A stretch of 64,000 bases of DNA, from positions 64,001-128,000 of IMG/VR virus record IMGVR_UViG_3300028601_000021. The stretch is one strand, 5' to 3'. Within the stretch, counting starts at the first letter, position 1, and every line of letters begins with the position of its first letter. The notes under the pieces are model-generated. The model had not been told where the DNA came from and did no database searches. It saw only the letters and a list, made by a program, of their open reading frames with translations. Below, in pieces: positions 39,226 to 50,929 of the stretch. This DNA is from a virus (lineage: Duplodnaviria > Caudoviricetes). The translations under genes and the position numbers were made by a program.

Positions 39226-40932
39226 TTAGAATAAGTTATTATCAGGGGTATTGTAACCACCACGTACTAAGACCTGGCTACTATACACATCTACCGGTAC
39301 ACCTTGTAACAGCAGGAAGTCACTACCTGGGATTTCTTTGAGGAATTCCACGATAACAGTATTTCCTACTAATTGGTCGGTATTACCGATAGTAATTACG
39401 TTCCATGCTTGACCATACTGCTCTACCGGTACAGGGGTAGTGATGATCATATTACCGGTACGAGCATCTCGTATAGTAAAATGAGTAGGTACTACTGGTC
39501 CTGTCTCACTAAAGGCATGATACATAGGACGACTCAGATAGTAAAAGCTCTCTAAGAACTCTACCATACTAGTAAAGATCGTAGTAGGTACAAAGTACTT
39601 AGTGATATCACTATCGTAATGAATGACAGGTCTACGGTGCAAGGTGACATCTACACCATAAGCATATTCATCGTGCTTACTATCTTTCAGGATATAACGC
39701 TCATACATATTACCTGGTTTAAGAGTAATATAGATATCCTGTAAATAGATCACTGGATCTGTGGCATCGTAGAAAGGAGCTACATCTACACTGATACGTA
39801 ATCTCTGTTCTACACCGAATCTATTACCAATAAATTCAGTATCATCAATCAAAGAGATATAGTCAGTAATGCGATGTACTCTATCACGTCGATCCGTATA
39901 CAAGTAATACTCTAACTCATAAGTACGAGTAGTATAATTCCATACAGGAACGACAGATACCTTACACCCATAAGTAGAAGTATTATCCACCACTACCAAT
40001 TGTTTCACACAAGATAAATATCGATACTTACCTTCAGTGGTATTGATAGTAGAAGTCTCTCTACTAGATAAATGATACTTGATAACTAAAGGCTGTTTAT
40101 AACCAGGGAAGCTAGGAATGAAATCATCGATACCATGGATAAAACATCTCTGATTATCGACAGGGATATCTTTTCTTGTACCATCGGCATATACGACATA
40201 AGGTACGATATTGAGATGATCTACATCCTGCTTACGATAGATGAAGAAGTCTTCACCTCTGGTCTGTAAACAAGTAGCACCGAATTCCACGATAGGATTA
40301 GCTTCGGATGCTAAATCATTTAACAGTACGGCACGTCTACAGAACAGTACCACGCTAGCACACTGTACACCAGCAGTATCGAATAACTGCATAGTGACTT
40401 GCTCACCATCAGTCAGTGCATGAGTAGTGTGGCAATTAGTAGATACTCGTACTGTATCCATACCAGTGATATGAGACATAGGGATACGGTCACCACGTAC
40501 TCTACCATCCGCATCGACATAGATAGACAGTACTTCTACGATACCATCAGTACTAGTCCGTACTAATCTGTATTCATGGATAGATTGACCGAAGAATACC
40601 AACTTGGCATCGACATTCAACAGAGTAGGTCTGACCCTATCGTCATATAACAAGAAGAACATATCGTTACCATAGGAAGCTATGGAGATATTGTCTTCTT
40701 CATTCAACACTAACATACGCTGAGCACGGATGTCGTGTTTATATCTTTCATCTACGCTATGTACATAGTAGACGATACCAGTCTCTTTATCGATGACAGG
40801 ACTGGGTGGTTCTAATATATACTTACCAGCAGCAGAAGGATCTGCACCATCTACGTCTGGGTCATAGACCTCATGTAACCAACAAGTAGCCGGTACATTT
40901 TTCTTAAATACTACTACGCTACTATCAGCCAT
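39226..40932 (-). CDS. Virion structural protein, phiKZ gp26-like
   Basis: Size and synteny divergent from the sheath gene. Confidence 0.6.
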   Translation of the reverse strand: MADSSVVVFKKNVPATCWLHEVYDPDVDGADPSAAGKYILEPPSPVIDKETGIVYYVHSVDERYKHDIRAQRMLVLNEEDNISIASYGNDMFFLLYDDRVRPTLLNVDAKLVFFGQSIHEYRLVRTSTDGIVEVLSIYVDADGRVRGDRIPMSHITGMDTVRVSTNCHTTHALTDGEQVTMQLFDTAGVQCASVVLFCRRAVLLNDLASEANPIVEFGATCLQTRGEDFFIYRKQDVDHLNIVPYVVYADGTRKDIPVDNQRCFIHGIDDFIPSFPGYKQPLVIKYHLSSRETSTINTTEGKYRYLSCVKQLVVVDNTSTYGCKVSVVPVWNYTTRTYELEYYLYTDRRDRVHRITDYISLIDDTEFIGNRFGVEQRLRISVDVAPFYDATDPVIYLQDIYITLKPGNMYERYILKDSKHDEYAYGVDVTLHRRPVIHYDSDITKYFVPTTIFTSMVEFLESFYYLSRPMYHAFSETGPVVPTHFTIRDARTGNMIITTPVPVEQYGQAWNVITIGNTDQLVGNTVIVEFLKEIPGSDFLLLQGVPVDVYSSQVLVRGGYNTPDNNLF

Positions 40933-43597
40933 AATAATCTCCTCCAGCCGTGATGCTATCTTCTGGCATATATAGTTCGATGAATCGTCTTACGATATTG
41001 TATTTGTCCACAGTCGTTGTGTATTGCTGATATGAAGGATAGTAATCGATGAATGCAGGTACACTACCTTTATTCTGTACGATATCTATATCTTTCAAAT
41101 AGAAGTATTCTTCTAACTGATTCTTGAATCTATCAGCATCTGGATCATCAGCTATACCTCTATCATTAAAGATGACATCTCTAATGATGGTATTCATGAA
41201 TACGCTATAAAGCCTATGATTCCCTGGCACCAATAATAAACCACTTAAGTCTGGTGACTTACCATAGAAATACGTATTAAGTACCTCTAATCTAGTTTTG
41301 TCATCGTTACTATGGAATCTATCGATGAAATCCTTTACTACTTGAGGTACAGCAGTCTGTACTTCAAAGGTACTACCATTTTCATATTTACCAGTAGGTA
41401 ATAACAGATGAGTACCATAATTGAATAAAGTGTTCTCACTGTAACCATTGACATGACAGAGTGAAATAGAAGGGAACCAAAGATTAGCTGGAGTAGGATC
41501 GTAAATATGATCTGCTTTTACAAATCCATGGGATAAGTCTTCTACTTCAGCGATATTGAGATATATTTCTACTTGGTTATCGGACTCTTTGAAATACTCA
41601 AAGGATTGAATCACTAGTTGTTTAAAAGATACACCCAATTCATCTTTTGCAGTATGAATAGTGTAATCTATGTCACGTACTAAGTATCTGCCATTTAGAT
41701 AGATATTTTCATTCTTAAAGTTCAAGATAGGGGAAGTGATACTGCTACTACCCATAACGTATCTACTGAGATCTACCACTACGTTACTACCATTGGTGAT
41801 AAGACTATCTAGTACCATATTCCAATAATAACTACACTTATTGTTCAACAGTACGTACTGTTTTAGATAAGCATCTTCACTAAAGAATATCTTAGTGATA
41901 CCGTCTGTTGTCAATGTGGTATATAGACCTAATTCCTCAGTGACATCTACATAACGTACACTACTAGTCTTATCCACACCTTTATACTTACCTTGTTCGA
42001 AGGTATCTACTTTTTCATAGATAGTAAAATCAGTATGGGGCACTTCAAATACATTACTAGTACTGTTGGGTACAAAGTAAGGTATGGATCTATTGTCATC
42101 TAAGTACATAGCTAAAGTGATCATGTCACCTACATGAGTGACGACCTCATTAGCTAAAGATACTTCGATGAAAGTATCATCCTGATAAGATACCTGCACA
42201 TACTGCTGATGTACTTTCTTACCATTTAAATAGACGATAGGTAATACTTGGTGACCACGATAGATATAAGGCTTAGTGAAAGTAAGAGATCCCACGAAAG
42301 CATCAGTGACTTGGGTGTGTACGATACGTTCACAGATAAGAGCTAATACATGGTAGTATCCCAATCCCTCTACATACTTAGTCATATTACCAGGTACTAT
42401 CTTCTCATAGACATCAAACAGTAACTGCAAGTATACAGTCTGTTCTAATTTGTTAGCTGTCCAGAAATCTAATTCAGGATGCTTTAATAATTTCTTACCT
42501 AAGAGAAAGTCTATGATATCATCATCACTGTGGGTATAAAGTAAATCGATGTAAGACTTGTCCCGTAGTAACATATTGTCTTTATCATGGATACGTACCT
42601 TTACATGTACTGTTACTTTTTGTGTACCTAAATGATCTCTAAATGCATCGATGATGTAAACAGGTATACTCATATCGTTATGAGTTACTTGACCTACTGT
42701 GGTATCGGCACATCTATGTAAATACACACCTTCTACTGGTAATCTACCAGAAACTGTTTTCTTACGTACATAGAAATCACAAGTATTATGAGTAATGACT
42801 TTGTGATCTGGATTCAATGCTTTAGGTACATGTATCAGCTGTTTATATGTATGATCCTTTTCAGAATAATACATCTGGATACTACTATCGAAATCAGTAA
42901 GGTCTACATCAAATGCAGCTACGATATTAGTATCGTAAATGAGATCGATGTAATCACCGATAGCAGGTACGTAATTAGGATGAGTACATTCCAGTCCATT
43001 CACGTACATGGTAGTCTGGTATAAGTTAGCTGCGCTATTAAAAGCTTGCTGTACACTGTACAAATAACTACCATCGTAATCGGATTTAGGTATCAAAAAA
43101 CTATGAGCAGTTATATCGTTCAATAAATCACTATCGAAATATACAGTGAAATATACCTCGGACAATTCCTCTACAGTCAAGAACTTATTCACCATAGGTT
43201 TAGCTACAGCGATATATAAGGCAGTACGAGTTTGGTTGTATCTTAAGTACATCTGTCCCTTATGGAACATGTGACCTCTAAAAGAGTACATGTTAAATAA
43301 AGTACGATGGGTATTGCAGATGTCTACAGCTGATACCCAAGTATTACTAGGTATACTGAGATGTAGACACATGTCACTATCGGATAAACCGTATACGAAA
43401 TAAGGTGTATTCCTGGTAGGTAAGGGCATCGATGTACCCTTACTACCAGTGAAGTTACCACTATGTGATCTAGGACTCAACAGACTGGGTCTGATATTTT
43501 CCCTGTACTCACTAATAGGCTCATTCCATACCTTATCTACGATATATTGATTCAGTACTGCTGGGATGATGTAATCTAAATCCATAAGGATACTCAC
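40925..43597 (-). CDS. Virion structural protein, phiKZ gp27-like
   Basis: 890 aa; VWNEP, QVTHNDMSIP, YLNGRYL; synteny. Confidence 0.62.
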   Translation of the reverse strand: MSILMDLDYIIPAVLNQYIVDKVWNEPISEYRENIRPSLLSPRSHSGNFTGSKGTSMPLPTRNTPYFVYGLSDSDMCLHLSIPSNTWVSAVDICNTHRTLFNMYSFRGHMFHKGQMYLRYNQTRTALYIAVAKPMVNKFLTVEELSEVYFTVYFDSDLLNDITAHSFLIPKSDYDGSYLYSVQQAFNSAANLYQTTMYVNGLECTHPNYVPAIGDYIDLIYDTNIVAAFDVDLTDFDSSIQMYYSEKDHTYKQLIHVPKALNPDHKVITHNTCDFYVRKKTVSGRLPVEGVYLHRCADTTVGQVTHNDMSIPVYIIDAFRDHLGTQKVTVHVKVRIHDKDNMLLRDKSYIDLLYTHSDDDIIDFLLGKKLLKHPELDFWTANKLEQTVYLQLLFDVYEKIVPGNMTKYVEGLGYYHVLALICERIVHTQVTDAFVGSLTFTKPYIYRGHQVLPIVYLNGKKVHQQYVQVSYQDDTFIEVSLANEVVTHVGDMITLAMYLDDNRSIPYFVPNSTSNVFEVPHTDFTIYEKVDTFEQGKYKGVDKTSSVRYVDVTEELGLYTTLTTDGITKIFFSEDAYLKQYVLLNNKCSYYWNMVLDSLITNGSNVVVDLSRYVMGSSSITSPILNFKNENIYLNGRYLVRDIDYTIHTAKDELGVSFKQLVIQSFEYFKESDNQVEIYLNIAEVEDLSHGFVKADHIYDPTPANLWFPSISLCHVNGYSENTLFNYGTHLLLPTGKYENGSTFEVQTAVPQVVKDFIDRFHSNDDKTRLEVLNTYFYGKSPDLSGLLLVPGNHRLYSVFMNTIIRDVIFNDRGIADDPDADRFKNQLEEYFYLKDIDIVQNKGSVPAFIDYYPSYQQYTTTVDKYNIVRRFIELYMPEDSITAGGDYYG

Positions 43598-43612
43598 CTG
43601 CAGGTAATAGAT

Positions 43613-44668
43613 TTATTTAAATCGACTCTTTCCGTCATTAGCTAAGCTACCAATAAAGGTAGGACTGTTATCCAATTCATATAAGAAACGCTTAGTCTCT
43701 TCATGAAGTCTATTGGCTTTCAATTCGAAATAAAGCTTGGTTTTACCATTGGACATAGCCACCACCAATTGGTGTACCCAATAAGGGGGATATTCTATAG
43801 CTATCATCGATGAAATCACGTCAGTACCTATACTTTTTACGGTACGGAAGAATATCTCGGGACTAAATCCTCTTACTCTATCTGGACCTAAAGTACTGAC
43901 TAGTTTACATACCTTAGTGGTATCTAAACCATTGACTGTTTCTTCAGCCATAGCAGAAATAAGACCATTTAAAACAGTAGTATTTCCTAAGAAGGTACAA
44001 CGATTAAACAAAGTAGGGCAGGTTTTATCTGCACTATCTTTATCCAATACCTGGCACATGTACATAGCAAATACAGCAGCAATAGTAAGCTGTTCTTGTA
44101 AGGTAAGATCGTATAATTTAGCGATTATACCAGAGATCGTCATACTATACGACTTTACTATGTATACTCCCAATGTAGGAGTAAGCCAAGTCTCACTATC
44201 GTTATAAGACATCACTAAAGCACCTTTAACAAATAAAGAATGCATAGCGTGCATATCGGTGACTTGATACTCACCAGGAGCATTGCGATTACTTCTTAAG
44301 ATATTACTTAAATTGACCACGACTTTCCCATAGAACTCAGGGAAAGATGACAATATCTGAGCTTCAGATAATTGAGCAGTATCTAATACCACTTCATTAG
44401 ATAAGAGTAATTCAGGAATACCTGAAGCATTCTTATCAAAATATAATGGAGAGAATAGAGCTGAAAGTTTTCCTTCATCCCTCAGATGGCGGAATATAGT
44501 ATTAGAAGGCGTCTCCAACAAAGGCTTATCCGCATAAAGTCTTTCTACTATATGGGGTGCGATACCGTATCTTCTATTGGTAGCAAGAAACTTTAACGCT
44601 TTCACAGCGGTAGGTTTGATGCCAGCGAATTGGGCAAAATCGATATTATAAAGATGCTTTTTTGCCAT
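43613..44668 (-). CDS. Virion structural protein, phiKZ gp28-like
   Basis: AIEYPPYW; immediately divergent from the sheath gene. Confidence 0.6.
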   Translation of the reverse strand: MAKKHLYNIDFAQFAGIKPTAVKALKFLATNRRYGIAPHIVERLYADKPLLETPSNTIFRHLRDEGKLSALFSPLYFDKNASGIPELLLSNEVVLDTAQLSEAQILSSFPEFYGKVVVNLSNILRSNRNAPGEYQVTDMHAMHSLFVKGALVMSYNDSETWLTPTLGVYIVKSYSMTISGIIAKLYDLTLQEQLTIAAVFAMYMCQVLDKDSADKTCPTLFNRCTFLGNTTVLNGLISAMAEETVNGLDTTKVCKLVSTLGPDRVRGFSPEIFFRTVKSIGTDVISSMIAIEYPPYWVHQLVVAMSNGKTKLYFELKANRLHEETKRFLYELDNSPTFIGSLANDGKSRFK

Positions 44669-44825
44669 GATTTTTATACTCCAACTAAATTAGTTTGGTG
44701 GGTAATTTGTTTCTAGTGTATTAGGTACTACGTCCCATTTTATAGTAAGACAGGATAGTTTACTATACGATTGTGGTCGGTACGTGTAAAAGGATCTTAT
44801 TATACTTTTCAAGGAGTTTTAAAAC

Positions 44826-46868
44826 ATGTCTAATTTAACTATGTGGACATTCCCGCACTACGAAGTGAGGGTAGAAGATCTTTCTATCTACACTCCGGTG
44901 TATCGGGAACAGTTGCCTTTGCATCGTCCCGTGTTTTTCATGAGAATGCAAAAAGGTCCTATCGGGGTTCCGGTATGGAATTCTGACATCAATTTCGCTA
45001 ATCGCATCTGCGGTCGTGGTACTTTCGACAAGAACAACAAGTATCACAGTCGTGAATCCGTATTCGCAAAACGAGTCTTCGGTCGTCAGGGTTGTTTCCT
45101 TGTTCGTCTTGCCGATGACACTGCTAAGTTTGCTTCTATCGTACTCGAATGTCACATGACAGAGATGGAAGTTCCGCAGTGGGAACGTGATGAGTTCGGT
45201 AACTATTCGTATGATACCGAGGGTAACCGTATTCCTGAAATGACCACCGGTGCTACTCCTGTTCAGGTTACTGTTCCTGGTTATGCCTTGAACTGGCAAG
45301 CACGTGAAATGACTGCAGATGAGACTCTTAAGGGAATCGAAATCAAGACAGTCACTTCTGGTGTTGGTGGTGGTGTAAGTACCAAGGTAGTTCCTGTACT
45401 GGCACTCCGCGCTCTGTATCCTGGTGAATACGGTAACGATCTCGCATTTAAGCTTTTCTATGACAAAGACAATATGGAACCTGCTATGGCCGATTCCATT
45501 GGTTCCTTGACTTATATGTTCCAGGCTATGGATCGTACATATGGTCAGGATACGATGTCTCCTGTTCGTACAGTTTATAGTGATCCGATGGTGTCCTTTT
45601 CTATGAAGGATAGAGCTATCGATACTCGTCTGGATAAGAACATGGCCCTGAGCTCTGTTATCCAGGAACAGTATTATGATAATTATGCTAAGCTGTCGAA
45701 TCTTCCTTTCTCGACGTATCTGTATTCTGATAACGTAAAGCTTATCAGTGATGTAGTTGCTTTTGCTGAGAATGATTTGGATGGTCTCGAAGAAAGTGGT
45801 TGGATGTTTAACATCCTCAATGCCACCACCATGGATGGTATCCCGCTTAAGGCTACTTATATCGCCACTACCTCTCCTGCTGGTAACTGGGCAATCAGCC
45901 TTAACAAGAACTATCTTATCTATCTGAAGGGTGGTAGTGATGGTGACATCTCTGATGAAGCTATCGAAACGCTTACTCGTCAGTACCTTATGGATGACAT
46001 TTATCCTGACTTGGCTGACAGTGCTCGTTATCCCATCACTCATGTGTACGATACCGGTGTTGCTCTGGAAACCAAGAAAGCTCTGATTGAGTTCCTCGGT
46101 TATCGCGACGACGTCAAGGTTATTTTGTCCACTCAGGATTGTAACCGTGATCGTATGAATATCAAAGATGAAGATATGTCCGTTGGTGCTTCTCTTCATG
46201 CTGCTTGTATCCTACAGCCTGAATCTCAGGTCTTCGGTACAGAAGTGTGTCGTGCAGAGATCTATCAGCAGGCTGGTTATCTGAATGATAGCACCATCTA
46301 TGATGGTATCCTGCCTGCTACTCTCGATGCCCTCGCTAAGCGTTGTCGTTGGCAGAGTCGTGGATTCATTGAAGGTATGCCTAAGGGTATTCCTGGATCT
46401 GAAGTGACGATGTTCCGTGAATGGAACTGGACTCCTTCTAAGCCTGAGCATAAGCAGAAGAGTTGGGACACTGGGCTTAACTACTTCCAGTACTATGACA
46501 TGACTCGTGTCCATTACGCAGACATCCGTTCCGTCTATCGTTATGATACTTCTGTCCTGTCTTCGGCTATCTTTACTGATGCCGTGGTCTATGCCAAGCA
46601 TGTGGTCCGTTACAACTGGTCCATTCTGTCTGGTCTTGAAATTCCTTTCGCTCGCTTAGCTGAACGTGCTAAGACTAACGTCTTAAACGATATGCTGACG
46701 ATGCTTAACAATATGTACGGTGTCGATGTAGAGTTCTACCAGACTGCTGAAGAAGCTAAGATTGGGTACATCTCCCATGCAAAGGTCAAGCTGATCGGTT
46801 ATGCTCCTAATCGAGTCTGGATCGTAGATATACAGTGTTACCGTGACGGCTATACTCCGGAGGCATAA
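44826..46868 (+). CDS. Contractile tail sheath protein (phiKZ gp29-like)
   Basis: 680 aa; PLHRP..KGP, TFD, YDTG..LETK, PES.FGT, SVYRYDTSVL; strong codon bias. Confidence 0.85.
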   Translation: MSNLTMWTFPHYEVRVEDLSIYTPVYREQLPLHRPVFFMRMQKGPIGVPVWNSDINFANRICGRGTFDKNNKYHSRESVFAKRVFGRQGCFLVRLADDTAKFASIVLECHMTEMEVPQWERDEFGNYSYDTEGNRIPEMTTGATPVQVTVPGYALNWQAREMTADETLKGIEIKTVTSGVGGGVSTKVVPVLALRALYPGEYGNDLAFKLFYDKDNMEPAMADSIGSLTYMFQAMDRTYGQDTMSPVRTVYSDPMVSFSMKDRAIDTRLDKNMALSSVIQEQYYDNYAKLSNLPFSTYLYSDNVKLISDVVAFAENDLDGLEESGWMFNILNATTMDGIPLKATYIATTSPAGNWAISLNKNYLIYLKGGSDGDISDEAIETLTRQYLMDDIYPDLADSARYPITHVYDTGVALETKKALIEFLGYRDDVKVILSTQDCNRDRMNIKDEDMSVGASLHAACILQPESQVFGTEVCRAEIYQQAGYLNDSTIYDGILPATLDALAKRCRWQSRGFIEGMPKGIPGSEVTMFREWNWTPSKPEHKQKSWDTGLNYFQYYDMTRVHYADIRSVYRYDTSVLSSAIFTDAVVYAKHVVRYNWSILSGLEIPFARLAERAKTNVLNDMLTMLNNMYGVDVEFYQTAEEAKIGYISHAKVKLIGYAPNRVWIVDIQCYRDGYTPEA

Positions 46869-46871
46869 GAA

Positions 46872-47912
46872 ATGGCTGATAACACTCAGATGACCACTGA
46901 GTTCATGAAACAAGCGCTGTACGCTAACACCACTCAGATGGGTGTTGCTGGACGTACTGGCGTGGCAAATATGATCTCCGGCGGTCAGCTCGGTTCTGGT
47001 ATTCGGTTTACAGATTTGGATGCTGCCAGTCCTCTGGTATTCAATCCTGCTGTAATTGTCGTCACCCACGTACCTGCTATGTGGAAGACATATCCCAAAA
47101 TGCAGGAGATGTTGAAGTCTCTTGTAGAAACCCATGCTAAGTCTATCACTGGTATCGATTTCGGTTACCAGATGGAGACTCAGGATACTCCTGTCGGACA
47201 TGACGGTCAGACTCAGAAAGTACCTACTCGTAGTACTCGTAGTCAGGTATCTCCGTCCATGACCTTTCAGGAAGTCTCCGGTAACCTGATTTGGAACTTG
47301 GTGCGTATGTGGATCTGTGATATGCAGCATCCTGATACCAATGCTTCTAAGCTCTCTGCTCAGATGGAAGGTGGAAGCATTCCGCCGTGGTTGATGTCGG
47401 CTTACTCCATGTCCATGGTAGCTATCCAGTTTGATCCCACTGGTCTCCCTGAACGCATCATCGATGGTGCTTTCTATACGAACATGTTCCCGACTGATAC
47501 GACTGAACTCGGTATCCAGCGCTCTATCGGTACGAGTGAAATCAAGGAACGTACTATTCCTTTCACTGGTATCGTACAGCACAATGAGAATACTCGTGAA
47601 TTGGCTTATCAGGTGGCTAAGATGCTTAACTTGCATAAGATCAATTACGACTTTTCTCTTCCTGGGCTCACTGGTCAGACCAATCCCCAGAAGGGAAGTA
47701 TCACTGAGACTATCAGTAAGCTCGGTCTTTACGATCAGGCTCTGGGAGTCGAGATGCCTGCAGTGACTGCATTTAAGCCTTTGGGTGAAGATCAGTACAC
47801 TGATCGTGTCACTGGCGGTAGTGCATTCTCTCCGGATAGCGATAGCACGGCACCTGGTGGTGATGGTAGTGGATTCACTGATCGTCAGCCGCATCCCGCT
47901 ACTCAGGGTTAA
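46872..47912 (+). CDS. Tail tube protein (phiKZ gp30-like)
   Basis: Follows sheath; LVETHAKSITG, NMFP motifs. Confidence 0.8.
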   Translation: MADNTQMTTEFMKQALYANTTQMGVAGRTGVANMISGGQLGSGIRFTDLDAASPLVFNPAVIVVTHVPAMWKTYPKMQEMLKSLVETHAKSITGIDFGYQMETQDTPVGHDGQTQKVPTRSTRSQVSPSMTFQEVSGNLIWNLVRMWICDMQHPDTNASKLSAQMEGGSIPPWLMSAYSMSMVAIQFDPTGLPERIIDGAFYTNMFPTDTTELGIQRSIGTSEIKERTIPFTGIVQHNENTRELAYQVAKMLNLHKINYDFSLPGLTGQTNPQKGSITETISKLGLYDQALGVEMPAVTAFKPLGEDQYTDRVTGGSAFSPDSDSTAPGGDGSGFTDRQPHPATQG

Positions 47913-47941
47913 TTAGCGTCATATAGTTGAATTAGACAGTG

Positions 47942-47982
47942 TATACTACCGCAGTACCTATTACAGGTACTGCGGTAGTATA
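47942..47982. terminator. Family palindrome between tail tube and portal
   Basis: TATACTACCGCAGTACCT/AGGTACTGCGGTAGTATA. Confidence 0.7.
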
Positions 47983-47992
47983 TATAACTGTT

Positions 47993-50770
47993 TTACATTT
48001 CTTCTATAGCTGTGCTATCAGCTGGAGGTTCATTGGTTCCAGTCTGTTCAGTTTCACTAGGAGCAGTTTCTTCTTCCATGCCAGTAGCATCCATGTTGGT
48101 AGGTTCTTCCATACCACCCATGTCGTCCATACCGCCACCAAAGTCATCACCACCGCCCATGTCTCCGCCCATACCGTCATCCATTCCGCCACCCATACTT
48201 CCACCAAAGCTATCACCACCACCAAATCCATCTGTAGTAGCAGTGGTGAGTTGTGTTCTACTTTCTTCAAGTAACTTAGCAAAGTTATTAAGAGCCTGAC
48301 TGAATTCCACCCACTTAATCTGATCTTTAGCGAGATCTTCAACACCAGGTAATTCAAGAGTATTGAATCCACCCAATCTATTGAAAATATCTTCACAGGT
48401 GTACTTCTTCCAGAATGCTCTAATAATACCAAGCATACCTTGGGCTTTCATGTCTTCCTGGCCCACTAACTCATTGGAGAATAGGACGTTAGACAACTCA
48501 TCAACTGTAGCCAAGTATTCTTTCAACTCTGTATACTGAGCCTTATCAGGAGCAATATTCGGAGTAGGTAATCTTAACTGGATATGATCGATGATCTTAG
48601 TCAATACCAAAGGTATATCTTTAGTGTCGACGATACCTTCATTGGTATTGGCCGTGGTGTTGACTTTATCATTTAACTTACCCTTACTCTTGATGATATT
48701 CAAGATACCTTCTTTAAGAGTACGTGAGTATTTGATATAAGTCTTTACGAATTGTTCCATATGTCTACAGAGGGTATTCTGATCTTTCTTAATCTGCTTA
48801 CTGAAAAACAGATTACCTGTAACTACAGAACGACTGTATTCTGTTTCGGATAACTGATTAAGCGCAGCATAAGGTACACCCAATGCGGTAACTAACATGG
48901 TGTCGAATGTAGACATAAGGTCGTTGTCTACCTTTACACTACTACCAGCCTGATTGGTATTCTCGATATCAAATCCTTGAATACCAGCCATGTTCTTAGG
49001 TGAGATAGTGAGTGCATTTCTAGCGATGTTTCTACTGATATCAGTAGGATCGATAGACAACTTCATCTTACGCTTATCGATAAACTGATTAGCTACCATA
49101 TCCATGATTTGTTCATAGTTAGTAGTCTTCTCGTCGAAGGTAAGACTGATGTTGTGATGGTTGACACTATCATTGGCCATAGCCATAACAGAAGCTACCA
49201 TAAATGTAGCACGCAGAGATAAGATGAAATGGATATCTTCCAATAGACTCTTACCTGTACCATTTGATCTATAATCAAAACAAAGGTAGGTCATAAGACT
49301 AGGTGGTACGAATACCATACCAGTACGCTTATGTTCCAATAGTCTAAAGAACATGACGTTAGCGATACCATTTGCCTTCTCTACATCCACACTGTCTAAA
49401 CCCATACCAGTCAGTTTAGCTTTGATGTAATTATCCAAGAGATGATCGAATACGCTATTGGACATCGCTTTAGAATATCTATCTAACTTATTGCCACCAC
49501 AAGAACTACCGAACATAGCCTGATGTGCAGCGCCTACACTACCACCACAGCATCCACCACTACCTTCATCTGTAGCAGCTAAAGGATGCCCAAATTCATC
49601 TATCAATACTAAATAACCTAAATGCTCTTTAGGGTTACCGGGTACATGAATAGGAATGACAGATTCAGGAGGAAGTACCATGTAGAAAGGATGACCTAAT
49701 TCTTTCTCATCATTCTCTTCATACTTCTGCATAGATACTAATTCATCAATACGATAGTACATATAAGAATTTAAGCTTTCCTCGTACTTACGTTCTAAGT
49801 TCTTTTTCTTAAAGTTCTTATATTCACCAGCGAATTTGATGATCTCTGGATTCTCAGATAACTTAATGACATCACCTTCATCTAATTTCTTAGTGAGTGT
49901 GACATTCATAGATTCTAAGCTAGTCAAGATTTCATCTGGTATCTTTTCATCATCGGTGAAAGAAAAGATATCAGGATTAAGAGGATGGAGATCTTCCAAC
50001 ACTGCTTTATACAGATCTTGCTTTTGGTCATTCTTACTCATGCGCTGTGCGAATGATTCGGTACCAGCAGTAGTGCTAGATATGATCTTCTTATCCCAAA
50101 TCATATCCATAGTTTTCTTGGTGTAATAGACATTAGGATCTAATAAAGATTCATTGGCTATCTTGGCACCATTTTCTGTGGAGATGACTCGCATCGTAGA
50201 CGTATCACTTTGTAGTCCATCTTTCTTAAATGCCTGGAAATGAGTAGATGGGAATGTGAAGATAGGTACAGAACCGGCACCATACAAGCATTGCTTACAC
50301 CAATCATCTGCTTTACCACCTAAGTTTAATACTTCATTGGTAAAGTTAGTGATGTATTCAGCTATTTCGGTACGGAGAGATTCATCCAATTCCTCTAACT
50401 CATCAATAGCACACTTAAATACTCCTTCCTGGAGATCATTAGGTGACATAATTGTAGAGACACGAATAATACTAGCCTGATTGATTTCAGGTGCTAATAG
50501 TTTCATCTTTTCGATATCGAAAAGGATACGACCTATCTCATCGTGTACTGGAGCAAAGTATTGCATCATCCCTTTAGGATTAAGAATTTGCTGACTTGCC
50601 CTAGGGTTAGTTACATGTGTGTTCCTGAAAAAGGTATTCTGTTCACTTCTACTATATTTAGAAGAGTATTCTACGGTGGAATTCTGATTGTCAGGTACCT
50701 TATCGTCTTTGATACCCATTAGCTGGGATAAAGCTTTGGGTAAGATTCTGGCTGGGGTATTTTCGGACAT
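47993..50770 (-). CDS. Portal protein (phiKZ gp129-like)
   Basis: 925 aa; ESVIPIHVPGNPKEHLGYLVLIDEFG, FDYRSNGTGKSLL; acidic Gly/Met-rich tail. Confidence 0.8.
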   Translation of the reverse strand: MSENTPARILPKALSQLMGIKDDKVPDNQNSTVEYSSKYSRSEQNTFFRNTHVTNPRASQQILNPKGMMQYFAPVHDEIGRILFDIEKMKLLAPEINQASIIRVSTIMSPNDLQEGVFKCAIDELEELDESLRTEIAEYITNFTNEVLNLGGKADDWCKQCLYGAGSVPIFTFPSTHFQAFKKDGLQSDTSTMRVISTENGAKIANESLLDPNVYYTKKTMDMIWDKKIISSTTAGTESFAQRMSKNDQKQDLYKAVLEDLHPLNPDIFSFTDDEKIPDEILTSLESMNVTLTKKLDEGDVIKLSENPEIIKFAGEYKNFKKKNLERKYEESLNSYMYYRIDELVSMQKYEENDEKELGHPFYMVLPPESVIPIHVPGNPKEHLGYLVLIDEFGHPLAATDEGSGGCCGGSVGAAHQAMFGSSCGGNKLDRYSKAMSNSVFDHLLDNYIKAKLTGMGLDSVDVEKANGIANVMFFRLLEHKRTGMVFVPPSLMTYLCFDYRSNGTGKSLLEDIHFILSLRATFMVASVMAMANDSVNHHNISLTFDEKTTNYEQIMDMVANQFIDKRKMKLSIDPTDISRNIARNALTISPKNMAGIQGFDIENTNQAGSSVKVDNDLMSTFDTMLVTALGVPYAALNQLSETEYSRSVVTGNLFFSKQIKKDQNTLCRHMEQFVKTYIKYSRTLKEGILNIIKSKGKLNDKVNTTANTNEGIVDTKDIPLVLTKIIDHIQLRLPTPNIAPDKAQYTELKEYLATVDELSNVLFSNELVGQEDMKAQGMLGIIRAFWKKYTCEDIFNRLGGFNTLELPGVEDLAKDQIKWVEFSQALNNFAKLLEESRTQLTTATTDGFGGGDSFGGSMGGGMDDGMGGDMGGGDDFGGGMDDMGGMEEPTNMDATGMEEETAPSETEQTGTNEPPADSTAIEEM

Positions 50771-50929
50771 AAACTATGTACTCCTCTACTGTAATGAGGT
50801 AATTAAACTGTGTGGTAAATCGTATACGATCGTCTTCGTAGGTATAGTAGTATATATTTGACCGCTTATCCTATAGTGGATAATCCAATGAATATCGCTA
50901 TGCCGTGCATAGTAAAGGAGAGACTATAT

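Noticed and set aside
44835-47894. Long antisense ORFs (454, 129 and 403 aa) opposite sheath and tube genes
   Set aside because: Explained by the strong codon bias of the highly expressed sense genes; no motifs or RBS.
47993-48432. GGM/GGD repeats and overlapping short ORFs at the portal 3' end
   Set aside because: Low-complexity coding tail of the portal; the alternative ORFs are by-products.
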